From Aeromonas phage LAh_6, in the sequence record NC_048774.1: a DNA stretch of 32,000 nucleotides; one strand, written 5' to 3'. A model generated the notes under the pieces. It was not told where the DNA came from and searched no databases. It saw only the letters and a list, made by a program, of their open reading frames with translations. Each line of letters opens with the position of its first letter. The stretch's first letter is position 1. Positions 9,264 to 17,938 of the stretch are shown in pieces. The position numbers and the translations under genes are program-made.

Positions 9264-10935
9264 CGGTAGAAGCCTTTACACCACGCTCTGAACGAAGGTA
9301 GTATAAAGATTTCAACCGAGGATCCAACAGAAATTCTTTGTGAACATCTGCAATAACAGCTTCATCTTCATCTGCACTGAAGAACAGGTTAATAGACTGG
9401 GCTTGGTCAATCCATTGCTGGCGTGAAGATGCAAGACGGATGATTGAGTGCTGATTAATCTCATAAGCTGTTCGGAACACTAACTTCTCTTCATCAGTTA
9501 ACCAATCAAGATGTTGTACTGAACCTCGATAGTGAATCGCAATCTCGCGAATCATTTCATCTGAAAACTTACCACGTTTTTTAGCAAGGTCTACAAAGTG
9601 AGGGTTATATCGTACAAAGTCACCACCAGCAGATTGCTGGATGTAGGCGTTATTAACCAATGGTTCAACACCTTGAGATACAGATCCACATAGAAGTGCA
9701 GAGCTCATGTTCGGTGCAATCGTTATTAACGTTGCGTTTCGTTGACCTGTACCAACACACCACTCAGGTTCACCAAATAGCTCTGAGAGCTTCTGAGAGG
9801 CCTTCAGGGCATTATCCCATATACGTTTGTAGATTTGATTGTTTACCATGTGCGCATCAAAGGATTCGAAAGCAATCATCTTTGATTGAAGATAGGTATG
9901 GAAGCCAAGAGTACCAAGACCAAGGGCACGAGCCTTCTCGGTGAATCGTACAGCTTTCTCCATGTACCGTATATTCCGAGCCTTTCCTAAGAAATCTTCA
10001 CATACGCAATCAAGGAAAATAAGAGCCCACTGGATGTCCTCATCTGTAATTTCATCCCACTTAGCCAAGTTCAAGGAACTGAGGATACAAGTGAAAGTAT
10101 GATCCTCATCAGATGGAAGTGCAATCTCTGTGCACAGTTGAGAAGACCTGATTTTAATTCCACTGTTTTTTACAGGTTGCGGAGCAAGTTCATTAGCCGT
10201 GAAGTTTTTCCACATATAGCCCTTACCTGTTCGGCAACGCATATACATGATTTCATTCCAACGGTTAATAGCTTCTTGGTCTCCAGCCATCAGTTTCTCA
10301 ACATCATCCAGTTCGAAAACCCAACCAATGTTTGCACTTGCTGGATTCTTTTGTAGATAGCCAGTAAGTTCCCAGAAATCTCCGTGAGATACATCTAGGT
10401 ATCCAGCCCATTCACCCCTACGAGAAGAGCCTTGAGAGATTTTATTCTTAGTGTCTACGTATGTATCAAACACTGGAACAACACCATCAGCTTTTGCTCC
10501 AGTTGAGTTAATCAAGGAGCCTCGTGGTCGAATCCCACCCAAATAAGATGCAGTACCAAAACCATGCTTTGATAGTATTGCAATTTCAGCATTGCTATCG
10601 TAGAAGTCTTCTACAGAGTCACCAACAAAGTTACCAGCACAAGAGACACTCATACCACGGTTAGTTCCTGTATTGGACATAACAGGGGTTGAGGGGGATA
10701 GTTTCCCATCCCACATCAGGTTAAAGAATTTTTCAAAAGCTTCTTCTCGGTTTGGTGTGTAGTATTTTGCCAATGTAGATGCGATTCGATTAAAAGCACC
10801 TTTTACAGTCTCATTGTTATAAGAATACTTTCGTGTGAATAATGCGTATCCTTGGGTTGTGTACCAACTTGGAACCTCTCCAATTGATTGAAGGTGTTTA
10901 CGCTCTGCTGAGATTGATTCAAAACCATTAGACAT
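9238..10935 (-). CDS. nrdA: ribonucleotide reductase class I alpha subunit, short form without an N-terminal ATP-cone
   Basis: RNR large-subunit body with a C-terminal CIAC redox pair. It is adjacent to nrdB. The start is moved to MSNGFES (GGAG SD, 8-nt overlap with the nrdB stop) instead of the track start at 11016. Confidence 0.75.
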   Translation of the reverse strand: MSNGFESISAERKHLQSIGEVPSWYTTQGYALFTRKYSYNNETVKGAFNRIASTLAKYYTPNREEAFEKFFNLMWDGKLSPSTPVMSNTGTNRGMSVSCAGNFVGDSVEDFYDSNAEIAILSKHGFGTASYLGGIRPRGSLINSTGAKADGVVPVFDTYVDTKNKISQGSSRRGEWAGYLDVSHGDFWELTGYLQKNPASANIGWVFELDDVEKLMAGDQEAINRWNEIMYMRCRTGKGYMWKNFTANELAPQPVKNSGIKIRSSQLCTEIALPSDEDHTFTCILSSLNLAKWDEITDEDIQWALIFLDCVCEDFLGKARNIRYMEKAVRFTEKARALGLGTLGFHTYLQSKMIAFESFDAHMVNNQIYKRIWDNALKASQKLSELFGEPEWCVGTGQRNATLITIAPNMSSALLCGSVSQGVEPLVNNAYIQQSAGGDFVRYNPHFVDLAKKRGKFSDEMIREIAIHYRGSVQHLDWLTDEEKLVFRTAYEINQHSIIRLASSRQQWIDQAQSINLFFSADEDEAVIADVHKEFLLDPRLKSLYYLRSERGVKASTGECIACEG

Positions 10936-11950
10936 TAACTTCTCCCCAAACTTTACCAAAACCAGACCGATCCCATTGAATATTGTACTCAGAGCCGTTT
11001 CCAGTGAAGAAGTCATGGAACTTCACGCTGTTAATCGACTGATAGAACCACTTTTCAATGGAGGTATCTTCTACATTAAAGATCTCATCATAACCTAGTT
11101 GTTTCAGGCATAGGTTTATACGATGTTTCACGAACTCTGTCATTTGGTATTTAGTTATACCTTGAATGTCTTGTTCAAAGATTAAATCAATGATCTTCTC
11201 TTCGTGATTGTATACTGTGTGTGCCATATTGACGATAGATTCTCGATGAACTTCACGAAGATTGATGTTAAACAATTGTTTCATTTCAGATGCAATTTTG
11301 TTATAAAGCATTGCACCACCAACCGAGTGTGTATTCTCATCTGCGACAGACAAATCAACACCACGGCACACATTACGAATCATATCCTTCCCACACTCTT
11401 GGGATTGGAAATGTTTAATGTATGCAAAATTGGAATAAAGTACAGACCCTTCTATAAACGAGAATGCTGCAATACTTAGACCATGATCTTCATTTTTTGC
11501 ACAATCTTCAATAAAATGAATTCTATCCCTTAGTTCTTTCACATGCTCCCATTCAGAGTAAAACTCCTCAGTATCCATGTAAAGAACTTCATTCAATTTA
11601 TTATAGAATGGGGCATGGGAGTTGGATTCCACGGCACTAAAGAGAGCTGCCATCCTCGTAATCTCTGGTCTATGGAAGATACGACCGATACGACCAGTCC
11701 AATAATCTTCGCCAACGTGCATTTCATACAGCGTGAAAAGTTTCAGCACCGTAGTAATTCCATTCAACTCTGCTGGTGTGAGTTTAGTTCTTAGGTCTTG
11801 GATATCATTATCAACTACAGGTTCATCCCATGGCCAAAAACTGTGCATCTGCTCATCAGCGAGTTTAGCAAATTCGGGGTATTTAATAACCCAACCTTTC
11901 GGTTTTTGAAAGACAGGAAGTTGTTCATAAAGTTTTGTAATTTCAGCCAT
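10928..11950 (-). CDS. nrdB: ribonucleotide reductase class I beta subunit
   Basis: Ferritin-like R2 layout (FSFIEGSVLYSNFAYI, ADENTH). AAGAGG SD upstream. Confidence 0.8.
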   Translation of the reverse strand: MAEITKLYEQLPVFQKPKGWVIKYPEFAKLADEQMHSFWPWDEPVVDNDIQDLRTKLTPAELNGITTVLKLFTLYEMHVGEDYWTGRIGRIFHRPEITRMAALFSAVESNSHAPFYNKLNEVLYMDTEEFYSEWEHVKELRDRIHFIEDCAKNEDHGLSIAAFSFIEGSVLYSNFAYIKHFQSQECGKDMIRNVCRGVDLSVADENTHSVGGAMLYNKIASEMKQLFNINLREVHRESIVNMAHTVYNHEEKIIDLIFEQDIQGITKYQMTEFVKHRINLCLKQLGYDEIFNVEDTSIEKWFYQSINSVKFHDFFTGNGSEYNIQWDRSGFGKVWGEVNV

Positions 11951-11958
11951 GTTACCTC

Positions 11959-12120
11959 TTAATCGTTATTAGCCATGTGATCAATTATATGATCTATCAA
12001 ATCTTGGTGGATATCACCACCTTCGTCATAGTTTTCCATTACCTTCACGATAACTGAATCAGTGTAAATTACCACAGCCAATGCTATCAGAAGTGCAAAT
12101 GTAAATAGTATAGCTACCAC
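11959..12120 (-). CDS. possible 53-aa single-pass membrane mini-protein (GTG start; not in track)
   Basis: Hand translation gives VVAILFTFALLIALAVVIYTDSVIVKVMENYDEGGDIHQDLIDHIIDHMANND. GGAG lies 11 nt upstream. It fills the ligase-nrdB gap. Confidence 0.3.
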   Translation of the reverse strand: MVAILFTFALLIALAVVIYTDSVIVKVMENYDEGGDIHQDLIDHIIDHMANND

Positions 12121-12128
12121 TTCGCATA

Positions 12129-13232
12129 TTACTCCAATGGGTTTCCTTGTTCATCAACAGCCCTCACACAAATACCAACGGGGAATTGCGGGACTCCATC
12201 TTTTGTATATTGCTGAAATCTTACTGTAATCCATTTACCGATAAGTTTTATTTGTTCAGAGGTAATTCTTGATTCGTGTGTGCCACGCATCTTACATTCA
12301 AAATGGATTCCATTTTTTAACCTAACAGTCAGAACACCTTCGCCTATTCTATCTTCGTAGGCATCAACTACTTCTGCTTCACACTCTTTGAAATCTTTCC
12401 ATTTCATCAAACCAGAGCTTCTGTGGTTATACTCGTACATCCCCTCTGGACTTCTGAGCATCATTCCTTCAAAACCTGCCTTTAGGTAAGAGTCCATATA
12501 ACTACGAGCCCCTTCCTCAGAGTTAGCTGTAAGGTTTGGAACTACAACTAAGCCAGGAAGATACCCATCTAAAGCTACTGAGCCAACCCATGCTTCAAGG
12601 TCTATTTGTCGATTATGCCAAGGCTCTTCACTGGGAATGTCAAATACCCAATACTCTAGTTTAAAGGTGTTTTCATTGTGTTTCTTCACACATGAAATAA
12701 TGTCTTGAAGTGGCATTCCATGGATATAAAGCTCACCATCTAGAAGAAGGGATTCCACTCCAAGGGAGTCTCTGAGTTGTTGTAAAGATTTCCACAGGTG
12801 AGTAGGGACAGCGTAAGTTTTACCCCCACGAGAAGTAAACACAACATCATCTTGAGTTACAGTGCATAGACAACGGACTCCGTCCAGTTTAGGAGAAACA
12901 TGGCATGGATATGGCATTCTGTGGCCAACTTTTGTATAATCATGAGCCAGCATTGGTAATAGTTGCCCAACATCTACACACTCTTCCGAGCTTTCACGAT
13001 AGCACTTATCAACCTGCTTCTTCCAACGGGCTTTAGCTTCAAAGATTGCCTGTTCACATGGTGAGGTTTCATTAGATCGACCAACGTTTTTAGCTTCACA
13101 TGCGATCTTCTTAATAGTCTTTTTACCATCAATATAACCATGGCTTATAACTACATCTGCACCATCTGTCCAGACTTTCCACTCTTTTATCTTTCCAGAT
13201 TTAGCCTTACCGTATAATGTTTTTAACTCCAC
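12129..13232 (-). CDS. ATP-dependent DNA ligase
   Basis: Adenylation motif I SPKLDGVRC (KxDG). The N-terminal extension is typical of phage ligases. GTG start immediately after an in-frame TAA. Confidence 0.75.
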   Translation of the reverse strand: MELKTLYGKAKSGKIKEWKVWTDGADVVISHGYIDGKKTIKKIACEAKNVGRSNETSPCEQAIFEAKARWKKQVDKCYRESSEECVDVGQLLPMLAHDYTKVGHRMPYPCHVSPKLDGVRCLCTVTQDDVVFTSRGGKTYAVPTHLWKSLQQLRDSLGVESLLLDGELYIHGMPLQDIISCVKKHNENTFKLEYWVFDIPSEEPWHNRQIDLEAWVGSVALDGYLPGLVVVPNLTANSEEGARSYMDSYLKAGFEGMMLRSPEGMYEYNHRSSGLMKWKDFKECEAEVVDAYEDRIGEGVLTVRLKNGIHFECKMRGTHESRITSEQIKLIGKWITVRFQQYTKDGVPQFPVGICVRAVDEQGNPLE

Positions 13233-13378
13233 TTATGTTTCCCACCATATCTTAATTCAAACAAGATTGATTTAGAGGTTTTATAGTGTTGCTCAGACTC
13301 CTCTGATTTGTTAAAGAATCGTAAACGTTTTGCTTCATGTTTGTGAAATAGGTATTGTTTTTCTAAGTCAGAAATCAT
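13223..13378 (-). CDS. hypothetical 51-aa protein (not in track)
   Basis: MISDLEKQYLFHKHEAKRLRFFNKSEESEQHYKTSKSILFELRYGGKHKWS. GAGG lies 7 nt upstream. It overlaps the ligase GTG by 10 nt. Confidence 0.45.
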   Translation of the reverse strand: MISDLEKQYLFHKHEAKRLRFFNKSEESEQHYKTSKSILFELRYGGKHKWS

Positions 13379-13405
13379 TTCAAACACCTCATACTATATA
13401 CCCTT

Positions 13406-13606
13406 TTATTTAACCATTACTGTAAATGGGAAATTTACCACTACCACATACCAGAGTATTGCTGGTATTGCTGAAAGTACAAAAAGAGTGATAACATCGC
13501 TACATTTTATACCACAGAAGGCTGATTGGATTATAAAACCTGCCACAAGACCTATGGTTGACAATGTTGCAAGAATTACTAGGCAAATCCATCCAAATAT
13601 TTCCAT
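13406..13606 (-). CDS. small membrane protein (2 predicted TM helices)
   Basis: Two long hydrophobic stretches. GAGG SD. Confidence 0.55.
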   Translation of the reverse strand: MEIFGWICLVILATLSTIGLVAGFIIQSAFCGIKCSDVITLFVLSAIPAILWYVVVVNFPFTVMVK

Positions 13607-13615
13607 ATTAACCTC

Positions 13616-13648
13616 AAAGACAGAAAAGGCCGTGATTTCTCACAGCCT
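13616..13648 (-). terminator. rho-independent terminator
   Basis: On the minus strand: GGCTGTGA-GAAA-TCACGGCC followed by TTTTCTGTCTTT, directly after the stop at 13654. Confidence 0.7.
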
Positions 13649-13653
13649 ATTTT

Positions 13654-13890
13654 TTATTCTTTTTCAGAAACCTCTTCAGAGTTTTCTTCGACCAGACCAC
13701 GAGCCTCTGGGGTCAGTGATTTTACAATCGACTCACTATTAACAAGAGCATCTACAAAATCACCACGATTTAGTTTCAACCCCTTATATTCGATAAAGTC
13801 TTCATATACAGCAAACTCAGGTACTGCGTCTATATTAATAAAGATCGCATCCTGTGAATCAGACAAACGTACTTCATAAAAAGATGACAT
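13654..13890 (-). CDS. hypothetical acidic protein
   Basis: Track ORF with a GAGGAG SD. No family recognised. Confidence 0.55.
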   Translation of the reverse strand: MSSFYEVRLSDSQDAIFINIDAVPEFAVYEDFIEYKGLKLNRGDFVDALVNSESIVKSLTPEARGLVEENSEEVSEKE

Positions 13891-13893
13891 TAA

Positions 13894-14790
13894 TTACTCC
13901 TCTTTTTCTTGGTGTTCTTCTTTAAGTTCAGAATACCATTCTGACTTACATGAAAAATCTAACCAATTCCATTCAAATAAATTATCAGGTGTTTGCCCTA
14001 TATAGAGGAGTCGAGCATTTTCCAGCATAACTTCTTCATAATTGTCAGGGAAAACAACTTTGTACTCTTCCAAAATGGCATCATACATTTCTTGAACAGT
14101 GCTGCATTTATCCAGAATCTTTTTTGCAGCACCCTCACCAACACCTTTCCTACGCTCTACCATTCTTGGAGATCCGTCAGGCTCTTTACCCCATTTCACA
14201 AGTTGTTTTTTACCACAACCTGGTATATTGTCAGTATGATCTCCTATTAACATTTGAAACATGAAGAACTTTACAGCTTCAAAGTCGGATATGTAATGGT
14301 TTGGTCTTTCAGGTTGAGATGTTCCGCATTGCCAACGATAGTGCCAACCTGGAACAGTTCCTAAATCCTTATCCCTTGAACAGATTATAGTTGATGTTAA
14401 ATCTTTTCTCTGCTCAATACCTAACCAATCATCGGCCTCTATTCCATCTACAACTATGTTGTTGTAAGTGGACACTATATAATTACCAACTGTCTCATAG
14501 TGATGAGGTCGACTTAGATTTGGGTCACGATTACCTTTATAAGGTTGTTGTTTGGCGATGTCATTTCTAAAGTTACCAGTTCCAGAAAGAACACAGATAT
14601 AATCTTCTGCTCCTGTGGCACTGATAATCTCATCAATCTTAGCCTTTACAAGGCTTTCTATCTTCCGCTTTGTTGCTGGAACTTTTACAATGTAACCATC
14701 TTCATCTGTTATTTTTAGAGGATGGTTCATGGTAACAGAACCTTGTTCGTATCGAAAAATGTCACAATCTATTAATGCTTTTAATCCCAT
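13894..14790 (-). CDS. T7 gp6-like 5'-3' exonuclease (PIN/FEN-like)
   Basis: CSRDKDLGTVPGWHYRW and LIGDHTDNIPGCG align by eye with T7 gp6 SCDKDFKTIPNCDFLW and IKGDITDGYSGIAG. Confidence 0.65.
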   Translation of the reverse strand: MGLKALIDCDIFRYEQGSVTMNHPLKITDEDGYIVKVPATKRKIESLVKAKIDEIISATGAEDYICVLSGTGNFRNDIAKQQPYKGNRDPNLSRPHHYETVGNYIVSTYNNIVVDGIEADDWLGIEQRKDLTSTIICSRDKDLGTVPGWHYRWQCGTSQPERPNHYISDFEAVKFFMFQMLIGDHTDNIPGCGKKQLVKWGKEPDGSPRMVERRKGVGEGAAKKILDKCSTVQEMYDAILEEYKVVFPDNYEEVMLENARLLYIGQTPDNLFEWNWLDFSCKSEWYSELKEEHQEKEE

Positions 14791-14999
14791 AGCACCAACC
14801 TTGGGTCATCAGCATTCTGTAAATCTGAAGTGATTTGGTTTAGCGCTTTACACTGAGTAATGGCGGTTGTCATCGTTTCGGAGAAAACTTCATCATGCTC
14901 TAGTAACTTATTTCGTATGACATACATGACACCGTTAAAAAGGCAGTCATAATACTGCCCATTGTAAATCAATTTTGTTTCTGAATCTCTTTGCATCAT
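14781..14999 (-). CDS. hypothetical protein
   Basis: Track ORF, translationally coupled at both ends. Confidence 0.5.
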   Translation of the reverse strand: MMQRDSETKLIYNGQYYDCLFNGVMYVIRNKLLEHDEVFSETMTTAITQCKALNQITSDLQNADDPRLVLWD

Positions 15000-15571
15000 T
15001 ACCCCTCAAAACAATAGTCAATACCGCGATTTTGCAAGTAACTTAGCATCTTAACACGAACTCTGTGCAGTCTCACATAAACGTTTGTTTTAGACATCTT
15101 GTATTTGATAGTAAGGTCTTTGATATCAAAGTTACGAAGATACATATCACTGAATAGTGACATCTCTTCGTCAGTCAACCTTTTAAGAGCTTTTTCCACA
15201 TGGTCAGAAGCTTCATTTTGTAGCATCTGTCTCATAGGGTCTGTAATGCCATTGTCATGACATTCAAACTCAAAAATACCATCTGTTTCATCGTAGGATT
15301 GCGTATCAACACGATTCAGGTACTTACGCATATAACCGAACCGGACATTGTTTGCAATCGTTCCTATAGCTCCTGAGAGCTTATCCCATTGAATACGATC
15401 CCAATACTGCCACACCCTTAGCATTGATTCTTGAGCCAAATCTTCTGCTAATTGGAAGTCTTTTTCCAGTGAATAGAATTGAGTGTGTAGTTGTTGCCAG
15501 TATTCATCATACAATTCTTCAAATGTATACTCTTGACGCTTTGGTGGTCTTAGTGATACACGTCTTGCCAT
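14999..15571 (-). CDS. phage-encoded ECF-like sigma-70 family factor
   Basis: Region 2-like AEDLAQESMLRVWQYW. Region 4.2-like HTH MSKTNVYVRLHRVRVKMLSYL. GGGAG SD. Confidence 0.6.
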   Translation of the reverse strand: MARRVSLRPPKRQEYTFEELYDEYWQQLHTQFYSLEKDFQLAEDLAQESMLRVWQYWDRIQWDKLSGAIGTIANNVRFGYMRKYLNRVDTQSYDETDGIFEFECHDNGITDPMRQMLQNEASDHVEKALKRLTDEEMSLFSDMYLRNFDIKDLTIKYKMSKTNVYVRLHRVRVKMLSYLQNRGIDYCFEG

Positions 15572-15602
15572 TTAAACTCCCTACTGCTGGTGTACTGTTA
15601 TA

Positions 15603-15630
15603 TAGACAAGAAAAGGGGCACTAGGCCCCT
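15603..15630 (-). terminator. rho-independent terminator after the SSB-like gene
   Basis: On the minus strand: AAGGGGC-CTAGT-GCCCCTT followed by TTCTTGT. Confidence 0.65.
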
Positions 15631-15634
15631 TATA

Positions 15635-16369
15635 TTAGAAGGGTGCGTCATCATCTTCTTCTACGGAATCAGTTGTGGTTGCACGACTGGTATTAGTAGA
15701 AGGTGAATTAGAAGCATTCTCCTTTTGTTCATCTTGTTTTGCAGGTTCTTTTCCTGCGAATGGGATGTTCTCAGCATCATAGGCTTCAGCGAGAATATCT
15801 CGTTGGAACTTGAAAAGCTTGCTGTAAGCTTGGAACATATCCGGTGTATCTTCGTACGGGTCAAACCCTACAAGATCCAGTCGAGCTTCACCAACCTGAC
15901 TCTTGAATCGAGTCGGTACTGAACCGATCTTAGTGATCTTATTACGAATGTCACCTGCTTTGGTCTTGTAGTGACCTACTTCTACGTTGACAATTGAACC
16001 TAGACGCTCAATGAACCAGTTTTGGTCATCCGGTACACGCTCAATGGTAGGGTCAAGTACACGGCAAAGTTCGTAAACCTTACCACGTTGAGCACCTGGG
16101 AACAGGTAGAAGTCTCCGAACTGACATGCTGGACGCGGGTCAATACGGTTTCCATCCTCATCAACACCAGTTGCATCTGTATCAATCAACTCGAAAGCGA
16201 AAGAGCATTTAAATGCAGGGTCTTTCTTCTGACCTTGGAATTCTGGTTGGTCTTGAGTACCCAGTCCAACGTATCGAACAATACGAGCAGGGTAATCGCC
16301 ATCCTCAAGTACGTCATAGATTACTTTCGGGAACTTAGATGCTTTCGGTGCGCTTGGAATTTTAGCCAT
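15635..16369 (-). CDS. putative ssDNA-binding protein (non-OB-typical N-terminus, acidic SSB-type tail)
   Basis: The C-terminus ...EEDDDAPF mimics the conserved SSB DDDIPF tail. It sits among replication genes. The body is not recognisably E. coli SSB-like. Confidence 0.45.
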   Translation of the reverse strand: MAKIPSAPKASKFPKVIYDVLEDGDYPARIVRYVGLGTQDQPEFQGQKKDPAFKCSFAFELIDTDATGVDEDGNRIDPRPACQFGDFYLFPGAQRGKVYELCRVLDPTIERVPDDQNWFIERLGSIVNVEVGHYKTKAGDIRNKITKIGSVPTRFKSQVGEARLDLVGFDPYEDTPDMFQAYSKLFKFQRDILAEAYDAENIPFAGKEPAKQDEQKENASNSPSTNTSRATTTDSVEEDDDAPF

Positions 16370-16423
16370 GTGTATAATACCTCAATTTAATAAAATAAAA
16401 ATAACTCAGTTTAGTCTCAGTGA

Positions 16424-16594
16424 TTAATCACAAGAGGATGATGAACCTGAATCACATGATCCAGAATCATAAGAAGAACCAGAATCATAACTCCAACCAC
16501 TTGAATCGGAATAGGATGTGTAACTGGAACTGGAGTTAGAACGACGACGTCGCTCCTCTTCTTCACGTTTCTTGCGTTCATTATAAGCGTTCAT
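16424..16594 (-). CDS. 56-aa Ser/Tyr/Asp-rich mini-protein (not in track)
   Basis: MNAYNERKKREEEERRRRSNSSSSYTSYSDSSGWSYDSGSSYDSGSCDSGSSSSCD. It starts 2 nt after the upstream stop. Confidence 0.4.
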   Translation of the reverse strand: MNAYNERKKREEEERRRRSNSSSSYTSYSDSSGWSYDSGSSYDSGSCDSGSSSSCD

Positions 16595-16596
16595 AA

Positions 16597-16851
16597 TTAG
16601 TAATCCTTACAATTAATCATAGAAATTGGGCCAGTATTTAGTAGCCACTTATCAGGGTAGGTATGTTCTTGAACAGTCCCAGGAAACATAACTCTTGGAT
16701 ATGTATTTGATGGTTTTGTAATTTCATCAAATAATTTATTCGAAGCTTTCTTTTTCTCTTGATCCAACCGGAACTTTCGTTCTTCTAGCTCAATTTTCAA
16801 AAGCTCTACTTGAACTCTTAGGAGTTCTTCTTGAAGATTTACTTTAGCCAT
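16597..16851 (-). CDS. hypothetical protein with coiled-coil N-terminus
   Basis: Track ORF. Confidence 0.5.
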   Translation of the reverse strand: MAKVNLQEELLRVQVELLKIELEERKFRLDQEKKKASNKLFDEITKPSNTYPRVMFPGTVQEHTYPDKWLLNTGPISMINCKDY

Positions 16852-16997
16852 TATCGTGTTACTATTGCGTTAAATGCTATTATATCTCGTACAGTCTGAG
16901 CTGGAACAGCTGCTACTGCAATACCTTTTATATCTCGAAACACAAGCATGTTACCTTCTATTTGAAAGTTGTATGCTTCTAAGATTGTGTTATCCAT
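16851..16997 (-). CDS. hypothetical 48-aa protein (not in track)
   Basis: MDNTILEAYNFQIEGNMLVFRDIKGIAVAAVPAQTVRDIIAFNAIVTR. TAATG overlap with the downstream gene. It starts 7 nt after the NADAR stop. Confidence 0.4.
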   Translation of the reverse strand: MDNTILEAYNFQIEGNMLVFRDIKGIAVAAVPAQTVRDIIAFNAIVTR

Positions 16998-17004
16998 GTT
17001 TGTT

Positions 17005-17442
17005 CTAACATGATACTTCATTACGTAACTCCATTAAAAGTTTTCCAAGGACATTCTTTCCTTGTATTTTTTCACACTTATCACAAGTGCAAATCCCCCA
17101 ATAATTGTCATGCCAAGTATTTCCCTCAATAAGCACACAACTACCAGTATCCTTTAGTTTTCTTAGAAGGTCTGTATTTTGATAAAACTTCAGACGCAAA
17201 ACTTTGCGCATTATGTCATCTTTTACCTCATCCCAATCACTTCTTAGAGAAACCTTTCTTCCAAGCTTTTTAGACTCACTAGCTGATACCCACTGGAATT
17301 CATGAAGTCTTTCAGGATCTTTTAACCCTTGAAATGCAGCTTCTGCGGATTCAAAAGTAAGCTCATCCATTATGATTTTGCAATCATGGAAGTTTGAAAG
17401 AAACCCAAATTTACCCCTGAAATTAGATATTGCTTTTATCAC
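17005..17442 (-). CDS. NADAR (YbiA/DUF1768) family protein
   Basis: FGFLSNFH...FESAEAAFQGLK...NYWG...GKNVLGKLLMELR matches the NADAR signature. GTG start 4 nt after the upstream stop. Confidence 0.65.
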   Translation of the reverse strand: MIKAISNFRGKFGFLSNFHDCKIIMDELTFESAEAAFQGLKDPERLHEFQWVSASESKKLGRKVSLRSDWDEVKDDIMRKVLRLKFYQNTDLLRKLKDTGSCVLIEGNTWHDNYWGICTCDKCEKIQGKNVLGKLLMELRNEVSC

Positions 17443-17446
17443 ATAA

Positions 17447-17650
17447 TTAACCTTTACTTGGTTTAAAGTTTATAGTTAAACTGATCAATTGGTTATCTTC
17501 GGATTGTTTAACCCATTGAATTGAATCAACTCCACATGGGTTAATCCCCAAATAATTAGGGAGAACACTTATTGGAATAGGGGATTTAAATTCTCCAACC
17601 TTTTCAGATTCATACCATTCCATGGCACTCAGTTTTTCATGTTTAACCAT
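17447..17650 (-). CDS. hypothetical protein
   Basis: Track ORF with the start moved to ATG MVKHEK (GAGG 8 nt upstream). Confidence 0.5.
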   Translation of the reverse strand: MVKHEKLSAMEWYESEKVGEFKSPIPISVLPNYLGINPCGVDSIQWVKQSEDNQLISLTINFKPSKG

Positions 17651-17888
17651 TATCAATACCTCTAGATATTTCCCGAAGCTCTGCTACGGTAATATAATCC
17701 TTAGTAACAAGTACACCTTGAACAAAACCCAACCAACGATTCATTTGTGGGATTGAATCATTTGACAAAACTGAAAGCAACATCCATTTTAAATGTTCAT
17801 CAGAAGTCTCATCATGTTCCCGATACTCCGGTTTGGCATCCTCTAACAAATCAATCAAGTATTTTATCACTTCACTACGTTTACTCAT
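17643..17888 (-). CDS. hypothetical protein
   Basis: Track ORF. GGAG SD directly after the tRNA-array terminator. Confidence 0.55.
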   Translation of the reverse strand: MSKRSEVIKYLIDLLEDAKPEYREHDETSDEHLKWMLLSVLSNDSIPQMNRWLGFVQGVLVTKDYITVAELREISRGIDNG

Positions 17889-17898
17889 GCAAACTCCA

Positions 17899-17932
17899 AT
17901 AAAAAAGGCCGTAGTATTGCTACTACAGCCTT
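17899..17932 (-). terminator. rho-independent terminator closing the tRNA array
   Basis: On the minus strand: GGCTGTAGTA-GCAA-TACTACGGCC followed by TTTTTTATT. Confidence 0.8.
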
Positions 17933-17938
17933 ATGAAA

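Noticed and set aside
10936-11016. N-terminal extension of nrdA overlapping nrdB by 89 nt
   Set aside because: The internal ATG (MSNGFES) has a GGAG SD and gives the usual 8-nt coupling overlap. The extension has no RNR-like sequence.
15661-16390. Track ORFs nested in or antisense to the SSB-like gene
   Set aside because: They are shorter, have no SD, and overlap a coherent 244-aa ORF that has an SD and a terminator.
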